A stretch of 64,000 nt of DNA from an uncultured Chthonomonadaceae bacterium (GTDB lineage: Bacteria > Armatimonadota > Chthonomonadetes > Chthonomonadales > Chthonomonadaceae): the NCBI GenBank assembly GCA_963817895.1, contig CAWFQB010000001.1, positions 928,001-992,000 of the forward strand. The letters run 5' to 3'. Positions 17,962 through 29,546 of the stretch are shown here, one piece after another. The position numbers were made by a program, and so were the translations under genes. A model generated the notes under the pieces. The model was not told where the DNA came from, did no database searches, and saw only the letters and a program-made list of their open reading frames with translations. Positions within the stretch are counted from its first letter, which is position 1. Every line of letters begins with the position of its first letter.

Positions 17962-20900
17962 AAGTGTACAGTTACTATCATTTTGGTTTAAGTGTTTTTA
18001 TGCCCTATCGTTGTAGCTGTCATCAGGATAAGGTACATAGTCGCACCGTTGAGGTGATAGATTAGGTATTATGCGCCAATTTTTTCTTCATAACAGCAAT
18101 CAGGCTAAGGCTGCAATATGGTAGTCTCGGTGTCTTGGATAGTCTTACTCACATTGAGTTTTGAAGTTTAAATCTACATAGATGTAGATTTAAGCCAACT
18201 ATCTAAAACTTCTGCACTAGTGACGGGCGCTGCCGAAAATTCTCGCCACTCAGTTAGCAACTGATCCAAAATATTTCTACTACTATAATTTGACCTGAAA
18301 ATATCCAATATATCATTTGTGATATTTTTAACAACAGTGTCTTTCAACGATGTAACGGCCCGAACTACTAACACATAACATTCTAAAAGCCAAGAGCCTT
18401 CTGACAATCGGCAACCTTCTACTATGACATCTTGCCATGGCCTAAAGTCAGAATTTCCGCTTGGATGCACAATAAACATCAAAGCAGCCGTGGCTCGCAC
18501 ATAAAGTGGCAGAGCAGCATTTTCAGCGATTTCCCTTATAGCATTCGCATTTTCTACATATAAATCGATAATTTTACCTATTTTATGCAATGGCGTATCA
18601 GAAATGATCTGAGAACTTATTGTGGATATACCCTGCTGTATGTCATGTCGTCCTAGTATAGAAACTATGATAGATGGAAGAAGCATTGCTTCTTCGGGCA
18701 AACGTAATCGAAACGTTAGCTCTTGGTCATTCCAAGAAATATAGTATTTTTGCTGAGTAGAAGCCGTCGTTAAAAATGCACAGCGCAATTCTTCTTCTCG
18801 ATGTGGAACTTTGCAGATGAGTGTTATCCAAACTTGTGACTGGGCTTCAAGGATATTAGGACGATCTAATATCGCAGAAGCGACCCTATCAAACATTATC
18901 TGAATATCGCTATCCGAAAGGTGAGAAGTGAATGTATCCAGTATTGTATTAGTACATAATTCAAGAGCAAACGAAGGTAAGAACGAAAAAGTTTTCAGAA
19001 CATCATCTACAGTAAACTTGCTATGAAGAGCGAAGTGTATACATGGTCTAATTTTTGTTGTGCAGCTCTCAGCCAAGAATTCGTGGATACCATTATCATC
19101 TAGGTTTAAACACCGGTTAAATTCACCTTCGACATTGAACTCGCCAGTACCTGAGAAAGGAAAGTAAGCTCGAATATGTATAGGTAAGGCATATAGATAA
19201 TTTATTCCGTTTTCGCGTAGTATTGACATGACATTACGCATATTTTTCGGGGTGGGATCATACGCAAAACGTATAACGTTTAACGCCAGTTGCATTAAGC
19301 CAGTCATAGAATCTGTATCAGCTAACGCCGGAACCCAATTGTCAAATGTACCTGTTGTCCAATCATGCTCAAAGACTTTACCAGTAACCATACCATAATT
19401 TTCATGATTATTAGTTTCAATATCATTTGAACGCAATAAGAAATATTCTAGAAATATTAATTTCTGATCTGTATATCCCTTATGTCTGGCAACATCAATT
19501 GTTTCTTTTATGGACTTTTGTAGCAAACTAGTTACTAATCCGTAGAAGTTGCTATCGAAATTGGAAATAGCTGGTTCAGAGAGAAGATCAAGAAGAACTT
19601 CAACAAGCCATTTTTGTAAAGGTTTAGCCAAGACAGAATATTCACTATCATATCCATCTTCTTGCGATCTTCTATTTATAATAGTAGATAAATAGTGAGG
19701 AGGGGAGGAAAGCAAGTAATCGCGTATTTCTGCGACGCGCTGATGGTTGTCTGGCAAAATATAGGTAAGAACAATAGCCGCGCCTATGTTTTCGCTGTAG
19801 TGCACTTCTTTGAGGGCTTCAGACAGTACATTGCATAGCCAAATCAGGGAATTGGCGTGAGATACATCTATCAAATCAGACAAGGCTGCAATATCCGTAA
19901 AGGAGTATAGAGGCTCTAAACAGGTGCGAAACTGCCCACGTATACGTTTATCCTGCTCAAGCACTCCTTCATTAAGCAGTCGGGCAACCAGTAATGCACC
20001 TCTTCCAAGACGACGATAAAGTAATCTTAAATCCGGTTCGTTCTCGCTTTGATCTAGTTGAAGCAATACTTGAATAGCTACTGATAACTCCGTCCCTCTA
20101 TCATTCTCGATTAGTGCGCTTAATAAAAAGTGCATCACTTCACGCCAATGTGAGTCCCCAGCAATAACTTCCAGTCGCAAGCGCAATCCATCAGCATCTA
20201 CAGATTTATAAAGAAATTCTGCTGCGAAGAACTCCTGAAGTTGTCTTACATCAAATCGCACATGTTCTCCTGTTTCTGGAGTATTGACAAGAACCAAACG
20301 ATCTGTAGCACTACTCATTAAGGCATCAACGTAATCCTCTGGCCCTTCCTCCAGCATTTGCGAAGCGGCTTCTTTAGCTAATTCATAAAACTCACTACGA
20401 GCCAAGTTTGTTTGCGCACCTTTGCTGGTTTCACCACGTGAATGTAAAACAAAGCCCAAGCGATTGTGCAAAGTTTTAAGAAGTGAGTCCTCTCTCAACA
20501 GTTTGGAAATAGCCGGGTCTGGAAGGTTTCGGTTAGCCTCACGCTTTTTGATGACTTGATAAAAATTTTGGAAGAGCTGCCAGCGACGTTCAGGGGGAGG
20601 ACCCCCATCGCGCACAACAACAGCCATAATGTGAGATTGAAGAGGAGTAGTCATGAGTTCGCGTACGGACTCTGATTTAATGGCTGCTGTCAAAGCGGCC
20701 ATATACTGCTGAGATTCGCTGTGAGTTCGATCCTGTTGGAGGACTGGCGCAGCACATAGTAGAGCTTGATCTGGGGTGAGTTCCACTAACTGTATAGTAG
20801 AATTATCTAAAGCGGAAAATTGACCTGAGTAACCTTGAGGCCTGGAAGTACAAATGGTTAATAAATCTGCCTGACACTCTGTTTGTATATTATGAACAAA

Positions 20901-21227
20901 AGCACAGACTTCAGTAGCAACAGCATCCTTAACGTTATGAGGAACCTCATCCAAACCATCGAAGACAACAAGCCAACTTTGACTGGCAAAAGCGCGTTTT
21001 AAGGTGCCTGAGTAGACGGTTTCTTCAACCCCAAACTCAATTTTTCTGGTGAGGTAAGTCAAAATACCACATGGTTCGTCAATACCTCTTTTGCCGAACC
21101 ATTGCGCATAGTCTTTTAACTCAATTTGGATTGGAATGCGTGGCACTTTAGGATAGCGCCCCGTTTTGTTGGCCGATTGAGCAATTTCCTCAGCTAAAGT
21201 TCTCTGCTTCGGCAAAATGTGAGGGGC

Positions 21228-22852
21228 CCTGTGTGCCACAATAGGTTGAGACAAAATCCCGTACACGAAATAGTGTAGATCGCCAGGGCGGAGAATGGAT
21301 TTCTCAGATGAATACGCCGTTGACAGACAGCCCAACCACTCGCCTCACCAACAATGGACACCACAGCGCGCCCTCCCCCGCGCTGCGCCCGGAGGCGCAG
21401 GTGCAAACGCGCCCCACGCGCCGCCGCTTTACCGCTGCGTACAAGCTGCGCATCCTTAAAGAAGCCGACGCCTGCGTCAAGCCGGGAGAGTTGGGGGCGC
21501 TGCTTCGCCGCGAAGGGCTGTACTCCTCCACGCTTGCCAACTTCCGCAAACTGCGCGAGGCGGGTCAGTTGGGCGAGAAGAACTCTGCCCAGGCGCAGAA
21601 GCAGCGCAAAGACAAAGAAGCCGCCCGCCAACGCGATGCCCGCAGGATGGCCGCTCTGGAAACCGAGAACCAGAAACTGCGCGTTCTGCTGGAACTCCAA
21701 AAAAAAGTAGCGGCCTTGCTCGACCTGACACTGGAAGAAACGCCGCCCGAATAAGCCTGGTTGCCGAAGCGGGCGCAACGACCGGGATTGGCCGCGCCTG
21801 TGATGCGGTGCAACTGAGCCGCGCCCGCTTCTACCGGGAGCAACACGCTGGTACGGGCACAATCCAAGAAGGCGTCCTTGTTCCCAAAGCACAACGGGGT
21901 TCTCCTCGCCGCTTGTCGGAAGAGGAACGCGCCCTGTTGCTCAATCTACTCTTGTCGGAACGCTTTGTAGACGCTTCGCCCCGGCAGGTGTATGCGCAAT
22001 TGCTGCAAGAAGGCGTGTATCACGCTTCCTATCGCACGATGTATCGCCTGCTGCACGAACACCAAGCCATCTGTGAGCGTCGGCGGGTTCGCAGGCATCC
22101 GGCGTATAGCAAACCTGAACTTAAGGCAACCGGCCCTAATCAGGTGTGGACATGGGACATCACCTACTTGAAGACGCCCATTCGGGGTCGCTTCTATTAC
22201 TTATATGTGGTTATGGACATCTACAGTCGTTATGTGGTCGGCTGGATGCTCGCAGACCGGGAGTGTCAATACCTGGCGCACAAGCTGCTGCAAGAAACCT
22301 GTCGTAAATACAACATCGCGCCTAACCAACTCACCCTCCATGCGGATCGCGGCGGGCCGATGAAAAGCCAGTCGGTAGCGCAGCTCTTACTTTCGTTGCA
22401 GGTGACCCGTTCGCACAGCCGCCCGCGTGTCAGCAACGACAACCCGTACTCGGAAGCCGGGTTCAAAACGATGAAGTACAGCGCCTACTTCCCGGAGCGC
22501 TTTAGCAGCCAGGAAGACGCGCAGACGTTCTGCCAGGACTACTTTGTCGGGTACAATACGTGCCACCACCATACCGGCTTGGTGTTGCTTACGCCCGAAC
22601 AGGTGCATTTCGGCGAAGCAACGCAGGTATTGGCGCAGCGGCAAGTCACGTTAGATAACGCCTATGCCGCGCATCCGCAACGCTTTCGAGAGCGTCCGCA
22701 GGCGGGGCAGTTACCCGACGTCGTCTGGATCAATGCGCCTGCGTTGCCCGTTGGCGAAGGCACAGCACCGGTTGCCGGTTGAGTGGCGAGGAATGACTGC
22801 TCGCTACATAAAAATACTTTCGCTTTTTGTCTCAAAATCCTTGACACATTCC
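21228..22852 (+). mobile_element. IS3-family insertion sequence
   Basis: Imperfect IRs TGTGCCACAATAGGTTGAGACA (from 21232) and TGTCTCAAAATCCTTGACACA (to 22848); GGGGC repeated at 21223-21227 and 22853-22857; GC-rich within an AT-rich gene. Confidence 0.92.
21308..22782 (+). CDS. IS3 transposase OrfA (21308-21754) / OrfB fused by a -1 frameshift
   Basis: OrfA RRRFTAAYKLRIL HTH; OrfB WTWDIT, HADRG, NDNPYSE DDE motifs; A8G slippery site at 21699-21707 with the -1 frame open into OrfB. Confidence 0.9.
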
Positions 22853-23905
22853 GGGGCGTCCTTGCTCAGTAACAAGGCTGCTCTTTGCACCTGGCAAAAG
22901 TATTGCCCGATAGTGGATTTGCCTTGTCCTGGTCCCCCTTTTACGAACCAGATAGCCGACCGAGATGGGTGTTTATACCACTTTCGCCACTCTTTTGTGT
23001 CTGGCCGATGTGTATCAATGGTATGTGGACGGGCAGACGTGGCAACAAGATACTCCGTTACCATGCCATCGAGTTTGAAATCGTTAGAACGAAATGGCAA
23101 GTCAATAAAGAGTTTATCAATTCCAGGGCGGCTATCTGCCGTGGACCCTGCTTGTTCCAATTTCGTATATTGCTGTTCCTCAAATTGTGAAACCAGCAAG
23201 AAACGTAAAATAGTATTAAGTGTCGCCCGCGAGTCTATGCAGTTGCGCGTGGAGTTCTGTAAGAACATGTCCAGGGGTGAGGAAATGCCCATAGTAGTTG
23301 GCTATGTCTGGAAAATCACTCAGCATATCCAGAATCTTCTTGCCACCCCAAATATGAAAACGAGTTGTTAAACTTGGAAGTTGATCTTTGACCAACTTTT
23401 GGGTGCTATCAAAAGCCCCTGTCTCTGGAACTCCTGACGGGTCTATATTTGTGGCAAAAATCCAGTTGTCCGGAACCACTCTTTTTGACTGAGGTTTCTT
23501 AAATTCTTTGATTTCTTCAGCAACTTGCTCAACAAGCCATTTGTGCTGATCCGTTGAAAGGTTTGGCGCATGGAACTTTGACTGAATGTACCAACGTCCT
23601 GACCACTTATCTGTTAGGCTGGGATAGGGCGCTTCTCCTTCAAAATATCCATCTCGCCCGCCATCGCTCCCAGGCCCAAAACTGGTGTGTCCTGGGCCAA
23701 GAACTTTGAGCGCCAGTGAATTCACCAGATGCTCAAATGTTTGAGGAGTCAATTTTGTTAAGTCGTAACTGTCAGGCATAGAAGTAAAATCTTAAAGTTA
23801 ATCCATACTCATTCATAAGTAAAATCTTGATACACTCAGTATACCTGTTTATCAGATCATTAGTGTTCCGATTAGACTACAATCGCGAAGAGAGTTCCTA
23901 AGCCT

Positions 23906-25683
23906 CTATATCGTAGCCTTTTTGTACCGCTCTGTCCGCTGCAAAAACCATGCCGCGCCCCAGAGAACGGCGTAGTATACGCAAATCTGCCATTCGGGTG
24001 GGGAGGGCATGGAAAAAGAGGCATACGGGGCGTGGGAACAGGCGCGGACAATCGTGATTACCCATGTCAGCAAGCCATCCAGAATTTTGTCCAGCGGCAA
24101 GGCGAGTACGGGATGAATGGAGGCCAGCAACGCCGCGCCGAAACCAAGCGCGATAATCAGGGCGATGAGCGGCACGATCAGCGTATTGGCGACGAGGCCA
24201 ATCAGGGAAACGGAGTTGTAATAATACGCGGCGAGGGGCGCGGCTCCCACCTGTGAGGCAAGGGCGAGGAAGAAGCAGGCCGCGAGGGTTTGCAGAAATT
24301 GCCGCAGTTTCGACGCTCCCGGCCAATAGGAAGGAATGTTTTTGCCGAGGTTCGCGATAAACGGTTTGGCAAGCGGCATCAGCAGCACAATCGTTATCAC
24401 GGTTGCAAAAGAAAACTGGAACCCCGGTTCAAACAGGTTTTGCGGGTTGACAATCAGCAGAACCCATGCGGCTAAAGCAAGCGTGTTGGGCAAATCCGGC
24501 TCCCGTTCCAGCAACAGGCCGAACAACACCACGCTTGCCATCAGCACGGCGCGAACAACCGAGGGACGCCCGCCCGCCATCAGCGCGTATACCACCAGCA
24601 TCGCCATTGCCAGCAGCAGTCCGGGGCGGTGCGCGATTCGGCAAAAACGGAGTCCGCCGAGCAGCAATACAACGACCATGCCGACATGCAGCCCCGCTGT
24701 GGCAAGGACGTGCGACGTGCCGGTACGCTCGAAATCTTCATTCAGCGCGCCCGGTAAATCGCCCCGGTCGCCCAACAGTATGCCGTTCAGAACGCCCGCT
24801 CGTTCCCGGCTGTGCGCCCGCCGCCCGTGTTCCAGCACCCGTTCCCGCAAACGCAAGGCCAGCGACATGACAAGGTTTTGGGGCGAATGCCGTTCCTGTT
24901 CTTCGGCAATGCGCTTCCAGTCCGCATAGCGTCGCGCTGTTATCGTGGCATGGATACCGCGCCGACTCAAGTACGCGGCGTAATCGAAATCCCCCGGATT
25001 GCGGGCGGAAACCGGCTGTTCCAATCGCCCGCGCAGCAGAATCGAATCGCCGTAATGCGGCACATCCGGTTCGGGATTCGACTTGTTTCCGCCGAAGTTT
25101 CTGCTGTGTTCTCCCCGGATTGAAGCGACGCGGAAGATGGCTGATTCGCGTTGTGCCGCCCGCCCCGCGTGGGAGTTCTGCGAACCAAAGACACCGCTGC
25201 AAGGGGAACCCGCGCTTCCACCTGTCCCGAAACCGCTACAACCCGCGCCCCTGTCTGTGGAGAAACACCCTCCCCACTTGTCGCAACTCCCCTGCCGGTA
25301 TCTTCATGAACATCATCCTGAATCACGATGCCGCGCGTATTCAGCGTGAAACGCCCGCTTGCCGGATCGTCGGGCCGCTGTCCGGGCGTAACGCGGGTAT
25401 CCGAACCCACCGTACCCACCACAGTCACATACGCGGGCGCGCGGCGCGACACATCGCTTGCGAAAACCTGCGTGGAAAGCAGATAGCAGGCCGCGCCGAA
25501 CAGGGCAAAAAGCGAGACCAGGAGAAGGGACAGCCAGAAGGAACGGCGCGTGATGCCGAAACACGCCGAAAGCAGGAAAACACAGCCGACAATCACGAAG
25601 ACAAACAGGGATGATTGCGCGGCGATCCAGATACCGGACGCGAATGCCAGTGCCACAGCAACCAGAGGACGAGAGGAACGCAT
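23906..25683 (-). CDS. comEC: ComEC/Rec2 competence protein (frameshift near 25070)
   Basis: RNPGDFDYAAYL, SHVLATAGLHV, PSVVRAVLM, GFQFSF; N-terminal part lies in another frame. Confidence 0.88.
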
Positions 25684-25707
25684 CGAAATTCCTGAATTTT
25701 GTAACTA

Positions 25708-25830
25708 TTCACCACCAAGACGCCAAGGACACCAAGAAAAGCAAATAAAAACTCATTGATAAGATTGACTGGGGGCTTTTTTTCTTCTCTTCTTTTCTCT
25801 ACTTGGTGTTCTTGGCGTCTTGGTGGTGAA
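25708..25830. repeat. Miniature palindromic element with CACCAAG arms
   Basis: TTCACCACCAAGACGCCAAG...CTTGGCGTCTTGGTGGTGAA; same TTCACCAC termini as the CACAGAG family. Confidence 0.82.
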
Positions 25831-25848
25831 AAAGAGTGAACCAGCCAC

Positions 25849-26592
25849 CTACGAATTCAGGCGGCAATGAGGGCAAATGTCAAAGTCGGTTTTGTGCGCC
25901 GAAGAGCAGTTGGGACACAAATGCCAGCCGTTTTCCAATCGCCAGTGCCGCAATTTGGCTTCCGCTACCAGCCGGTTGGCAATGGCGTCACGGATACGGT
26001 CATCTTCAATGGTGTAGAGTTTTTCCAGCCGAGCGCGCAGTTCCGCCCGCTCGTCCGGCTCCAGAACGATGTTCGCCAGCTCTTCTCCCGCCGGCGGCTG
26101 CGGTTCCTCTACCTTCTCCTGCCGCGTCAATCCCTGCGCTTTGTAAACAATTTCCGTAATCACTTTGCCGCCCATCATGCGGTTGAGATTTTGCAGCAGG
26201 CGGGCCTTGTGCAGCGTCAGTTCGTGCGACCAGACGGAACTTTTGGTACGCACGAACAAAACGCCGTCGCGCACCGAAGCGGCTTCCGTTGCCGCCGCGG
26301 CCTGCGCGCCGACCGCTTTTGCCCAGTACGCGAGGGCAAGACTTTCGTGTATCTGCCCCGAAGCGTCCATGCCGCCGATCACGTTTTGCAGCAGGCCGGT
26401 CATGGGGTGGCTGCCGCGCATGGTCGGCGGCATATAGCCCGAAGGAATCTCATCCTGCCGGGATCGGCTCCTCACCCGGTTGCGGGGCTGGATTTTCGGC
26501 GGATTGTCGCTCCGGTTCGCTGTTGGCGACGGGTTCGGGTTCGCTAACGGCGATTGGTTCGCGTTCTCTGGTTTTACCGGGTAACTTGACAT
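25849..26592 (-). CDS. DUF721/DciA-like protein with C-terminal Zn ribbon (start uncertain)
   Basis: WAKAVG..GVLFVRTKSSVWSHEL; CPNC..CPHC; position downstream of recF. Confidence 0.8.
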   Translation of the reverse strand: MSSYPVKPENANQSPLANPNPSPTANRSDNPPKIQPRNRVRSRSRQDEIPSGYMPPTMRGSHPMTGLLQNVIGGMDASGQIHESLALAYWAKAVGAQAAAATEAASVRDGVLFVRTKSSVWSHELTLHKARLLQNLNRMMGGKVITEIVYKAQGLTRQEKVEEPQPPAGEELANIVLEPDERAELRARLEKLYTIEDDRIRDAIANRLVAEAKLRHWRLENGWHLCPNCSSAHKTDFDICPHCRLNS

Positions 26593-27952
26593 CGGAGATT
26601 ATGGTTCCTGCCGCCACTTGAAAGGTCGCGGCCTCCTGTAAAATATCTTTGGGAAACGCCCGCAGGCTGGTGCAGGTGATGAACGTTTGTCCACGCCCCC
26701 GTATCCACTTCAGCAAATGTCTGCGACGGGCGTCGTCCAGATCGCTCATTACATCATCAAGCAGCAGCACGGGCGGTTCGCCGACGTACTCTTCAATCAG
26801 ACGAAATTCCGCCAGTTTCAGGGAAAGGGCGACGGTGCGCTGTTGTCCCTGCGAACCGTAAATGCGGGCATCCGCGCCGTTGATGAAAAAAGACAGGTCA
26901 TCGCGCTGCGGTCCAATCAGCGTCGTTCCCCTGCGGGCCTCTTCATACCCCACAACGGCTAATTGGGCGTGAAACGCCTTTGCCACGCGCTCTGTGGCGC
27001 TGAGAGCCGATTCCGGGGCATTGCCGCTGTCAGTTCTGCTTCCAGATTCGGCGGGGGGTATGGCTGTCACCGAAGCCGCTTTGTCCGCTTCCGTTTGCGC
27101 GTCCTGCTGCGCTTCGGCAATGTAGCGATCTTCCGCATTAGATTCCCGAACGCCGGGTGTAGTTCCTGCTTCATTTTCAGCCACCTGTTCCGTTGTGACG
27201 AGGGGCTTGAACGGCGTATTTTGAACGGCAGTGTCAAGCGCGGAATCCGGCAGCTTGAAACTGGGCAGGTAGCGAATTTCCAGCGTCTCCTTGCCGTCCG
27301 TGAGTTCCCGATGTATTTGCGCGGCAAGGGGAGTTAAACGCTCGATGTAAAAGCGGCGGGTTTCCAGCAGGGGCGCGCCATACCGGACAAGTTGTTCCGT
27401 CCACGCATCCAGTCCGAGTTCGGCAGGCGGACGGGGCCGGTCGCGCAGGTCGCGCAATAATCGGTTCCGTTGCTGCAAAACCCGCTTGTAGTGGCCGAGA
27501 TTGACCACGTAGCGCGGGCTTATCTGCGAAATCTCCACATTGAGATAGTGCCGCCGGTCCGTCGGTTCGCCGGTCACGATATGCAAATCCAACGCGCCGA
27601 AGAAAACCGCGTTGAACTGGCCGAGCAGATCAATCACGCGGTCGCGCTTCATGCTGTTGACGCGCACGGCCTTTTTATCGCCCTGAAACACGCTGACCTG
27701 AAGCTCTACGTCGCCTTCGCGTTCGCGATCCACTTCCGCCGTGACGTGCGCAATCTCCTCATCCCGCAAAATCAGTTCCGATTCGCGGCTTGCCCGCAGG
27801 GAACGAGTTGTCGCTAAGAGCCACAAGGCTTCCAGCACATTGCTTTTACCCTGCGCATTGGCCCCATAAAGAATATTTAATCCCCCTACAGGCCGCAAAT
27901 CCAACTCCCGATAATTGCGGAAGTGGGTCAATTTCAACTGGCAAACGCGCAT
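26450..27952 (-). CDS. recF: DNA replication and repair protein RecF
   Basis: FRNY, GANAQGKSN, GPQRDDL, GSQGQQRT, LLLDDVMSDLD. Confidence 0.96.
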   Translation of the reverse strand: MRVCQLKLTHFRNYRELDLRPVGGLNILYGANAQGKSNVLEALWLLATTRSLRASRESELILRDEEIAHVTAEVDREREGDVELQVSVFQGDKKAVRVNSMKRDRVIDLLGQFNAVFFGALDLHIVTGEPTDRRHYLNVEISQISPRYVVNLGHYKRVLQQRNRLLRDLRDRPRPPAELGLDAWTEQLVRYGAPLLETRRFYIERLTPLAAQIHRELTDGKETLEIRYLPSFKLPDSALDTAVQNTPFKPLVTTEQVAENEAGTTPGVRESNAEDRYIAEAQQDAQTEADKAASVTAIPPAESGSRTDSGNAPESALSATERVAKAFHAQLAVVGYEEARRGTTLIGPQRDDLSFFINGADARIYGSQGQQRTVALSLKLAEFRLIEEYVGEPPVLLLDDVMSDLDDARRRHLLKWIRGRGQTFITCTSLRAFPKDILQEAATFQVAAGTIISDVKLPGKTREREPIAVSEPEPVANSEPERQSAENPAPQPGEEPIPAG

Positions 27953-28039
27953 ACGCAGGAAATCTCCGATTCAAGTGGTCGCTTTGGGAACGGGTACACA
28001 CTATTGTACTCTTTCCGCGCAGGGATTGTACTCTTCCTC

Positions 28040-28870
28040 TGCGACAATCCACAACAGAAGCCGAAAGTTTCCAACACTATCAACAGAGTTTTCAACTGTT
28101 TCAACATTGCCAACCTTACCAATGTTCTTCGCGCCAACATTCTGCACAAACGTATTCCCGATACTGAATCAACACCAACTCTTTTCTCCGAAGAACTCCT
28201 CTCCTCTTTCACAGAACCGACTCGCTCTATAGAGAATCAAATACTATAAGAGTCTATATAAAGAATCCATTATGCTTATTATTAGGGGAGCGCGATTGTT
28301 GAAAACTATCCCCATAGTAGTTAGCGCGAGTCCTGTACAGACTTTGGCATTGAATCAAATGGAATCAACATAGACTCAAACTCTGATAGTTATCCACAAC
28401 GCACACGAGTCTACAACTCTCTCCAAAACTATGCCCATAGTTTTCAACAATTGTTGAAAACTATGGGCATAGTTTTCAACAATCTTTCAACTTTGGGACT
28501 GATTCTCTGTTGAAAACTCGGCAGTTTTCAACAATGGGAGTGTTGTCAGATTCGTTGATTCCGAGTTTTGAGTCCTATTGTTGAAAACTATGCCCATAGT
28601 TTTCAACAATTGTTGAAAACTATGGGCATAGTAGTTAAACACCCTCTGAATTGTACAAGTTTGGCTAATAAAACCTGTACTACTTTTGTAGTGGTAGCTA
28701 AGGAGTCTAAAGAGTTGCATGTTGAAAACTATGGGCATAGTAGTTAAAAAGGCGTAAAAACCCTTGAATCCGCGATTTTCTCATCTGCTCGAAATCTAAC
28801 GCTTTTGCTGACTTTCAACCCCCATTTTGTTGAAACTGTTGAAAGTGTTGAAAACTTTGTTGAAAGTTTT
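28040..28870. other. Probable chromosomal replication origin (oriC)
   Basis: AT-rich non-coding region; 11 exact TTTTCAACA/TGTTGAAAA boxes, one TTATCCACA (28390-28398); box + GC clamp + TAA-trio + AT-rich segment at ~28235-28305; directly upstream of recF. Confidence 0.65.
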
Positions 28871-29012
28871 TGGGAGTTGAGCGACACATATTTGTACAGG
28901 TTTCAGCAGGAATTGCAGGCTTGCAGAGCGAAATACGTCAGCGTTAGTTCATGGACATGGCCCCCGGCTGCTCAAAGATTACAGAGATCCTGTTATAAAA
29001 CCTGTTGGAGGT

Positions 29013-29384
29013 ATGCTATTGCCGCTTTTCCTCATAACCTCAGTCTGCAAAGATGGCGTAGATGCAAGCAGTTTCCGTGTGGTGGAAGCTGCCGCCGAAC
29101 TCGACATTGCGCAGGCGATGCTGGACGATCCGTATGCGTGGGAATCCCTGCTCAACAACACGGAAATGTGGTGGGATTTAACTCGCTACGAGTACAAATA
29201 TAACGAGCCGTTGAATTGGTCGGCGGCGGATATGCTGGACAAAATTGAAGCGACATGGATGGATGGGGACAGCAGCAATCAGATGCGAATACATGAGATT
29301 GGGGATATAGAACGTATTCCCGTCTCCATGTTGACGGAATCCGCGCAACCCCCTGACCCCACAGATCAGGCAAACCGCATTTGA
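29013..29384 (+). CDS. Hypothetical protein
   Basis: GGAGG directly upstream of the ATG; 123-aa acidic ORF. Confidence 0.5.
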   Translation: MLLPLFLITSVCKDGVDASSFRVVEAAAELDIAQAMLDDPYAWESLLNNTEMWWDLTRYEYKYNEPLNWSAADMLDKIEATWMDGDSSNQMRIHEIGDIERIPVSMLTESAQPPDPTDQANRI

Positions 29385-29546
29385 AGAGTGACCGAATAGT
29401 TCGAGACGTCCAATATAGCGCGGGAAGACTTGAGAGATATAGGCGCCAAATTTGTGAAGCCGTCCATATTTCAATTATCGCGCAGGTAATCGCGCATTGA
29501 AGAGGGAAATAGCAGTCGCGGGAAAGAACACGACAAGGAGTTATCT

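Larger units (their letters stand above)
18174..23779 (-). pseudogene. REase-fold + NACHT/STAND NTPase putative defence protein, split by IS3 and by a frameshift near 23240
   Basis: N-terminal FEHL..DGGRDG..IQSKFH (PD-(D/E)xK-like); Walker A GGPGQGKST; Walker B VVFDGLDEV; TSRPQGY; TPL; LQEFFAA; strongly AT-rich. Confidence 0.8.

Noticed and set aside
18052..18082. dif-like site (TTGGCGCATAA on the minus strand)
   Set aside because: Only a XerC-like arm is present; no XerD arm.
21228..21335. Start of the 1053-aa ORF inside the IS
   Set aside because: These N-terminal residues are the reverse strand of the IS left end; the true upstream part of the gene lies beyond 22853.
28296..28750. CRISPR array suggested by ~30-bp palindromic repeats
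   Set aside because: Units are abutting or irregularly spaced, there are no unique spacers of constant length, and no cas genes; DnaA-box-like content fits better.
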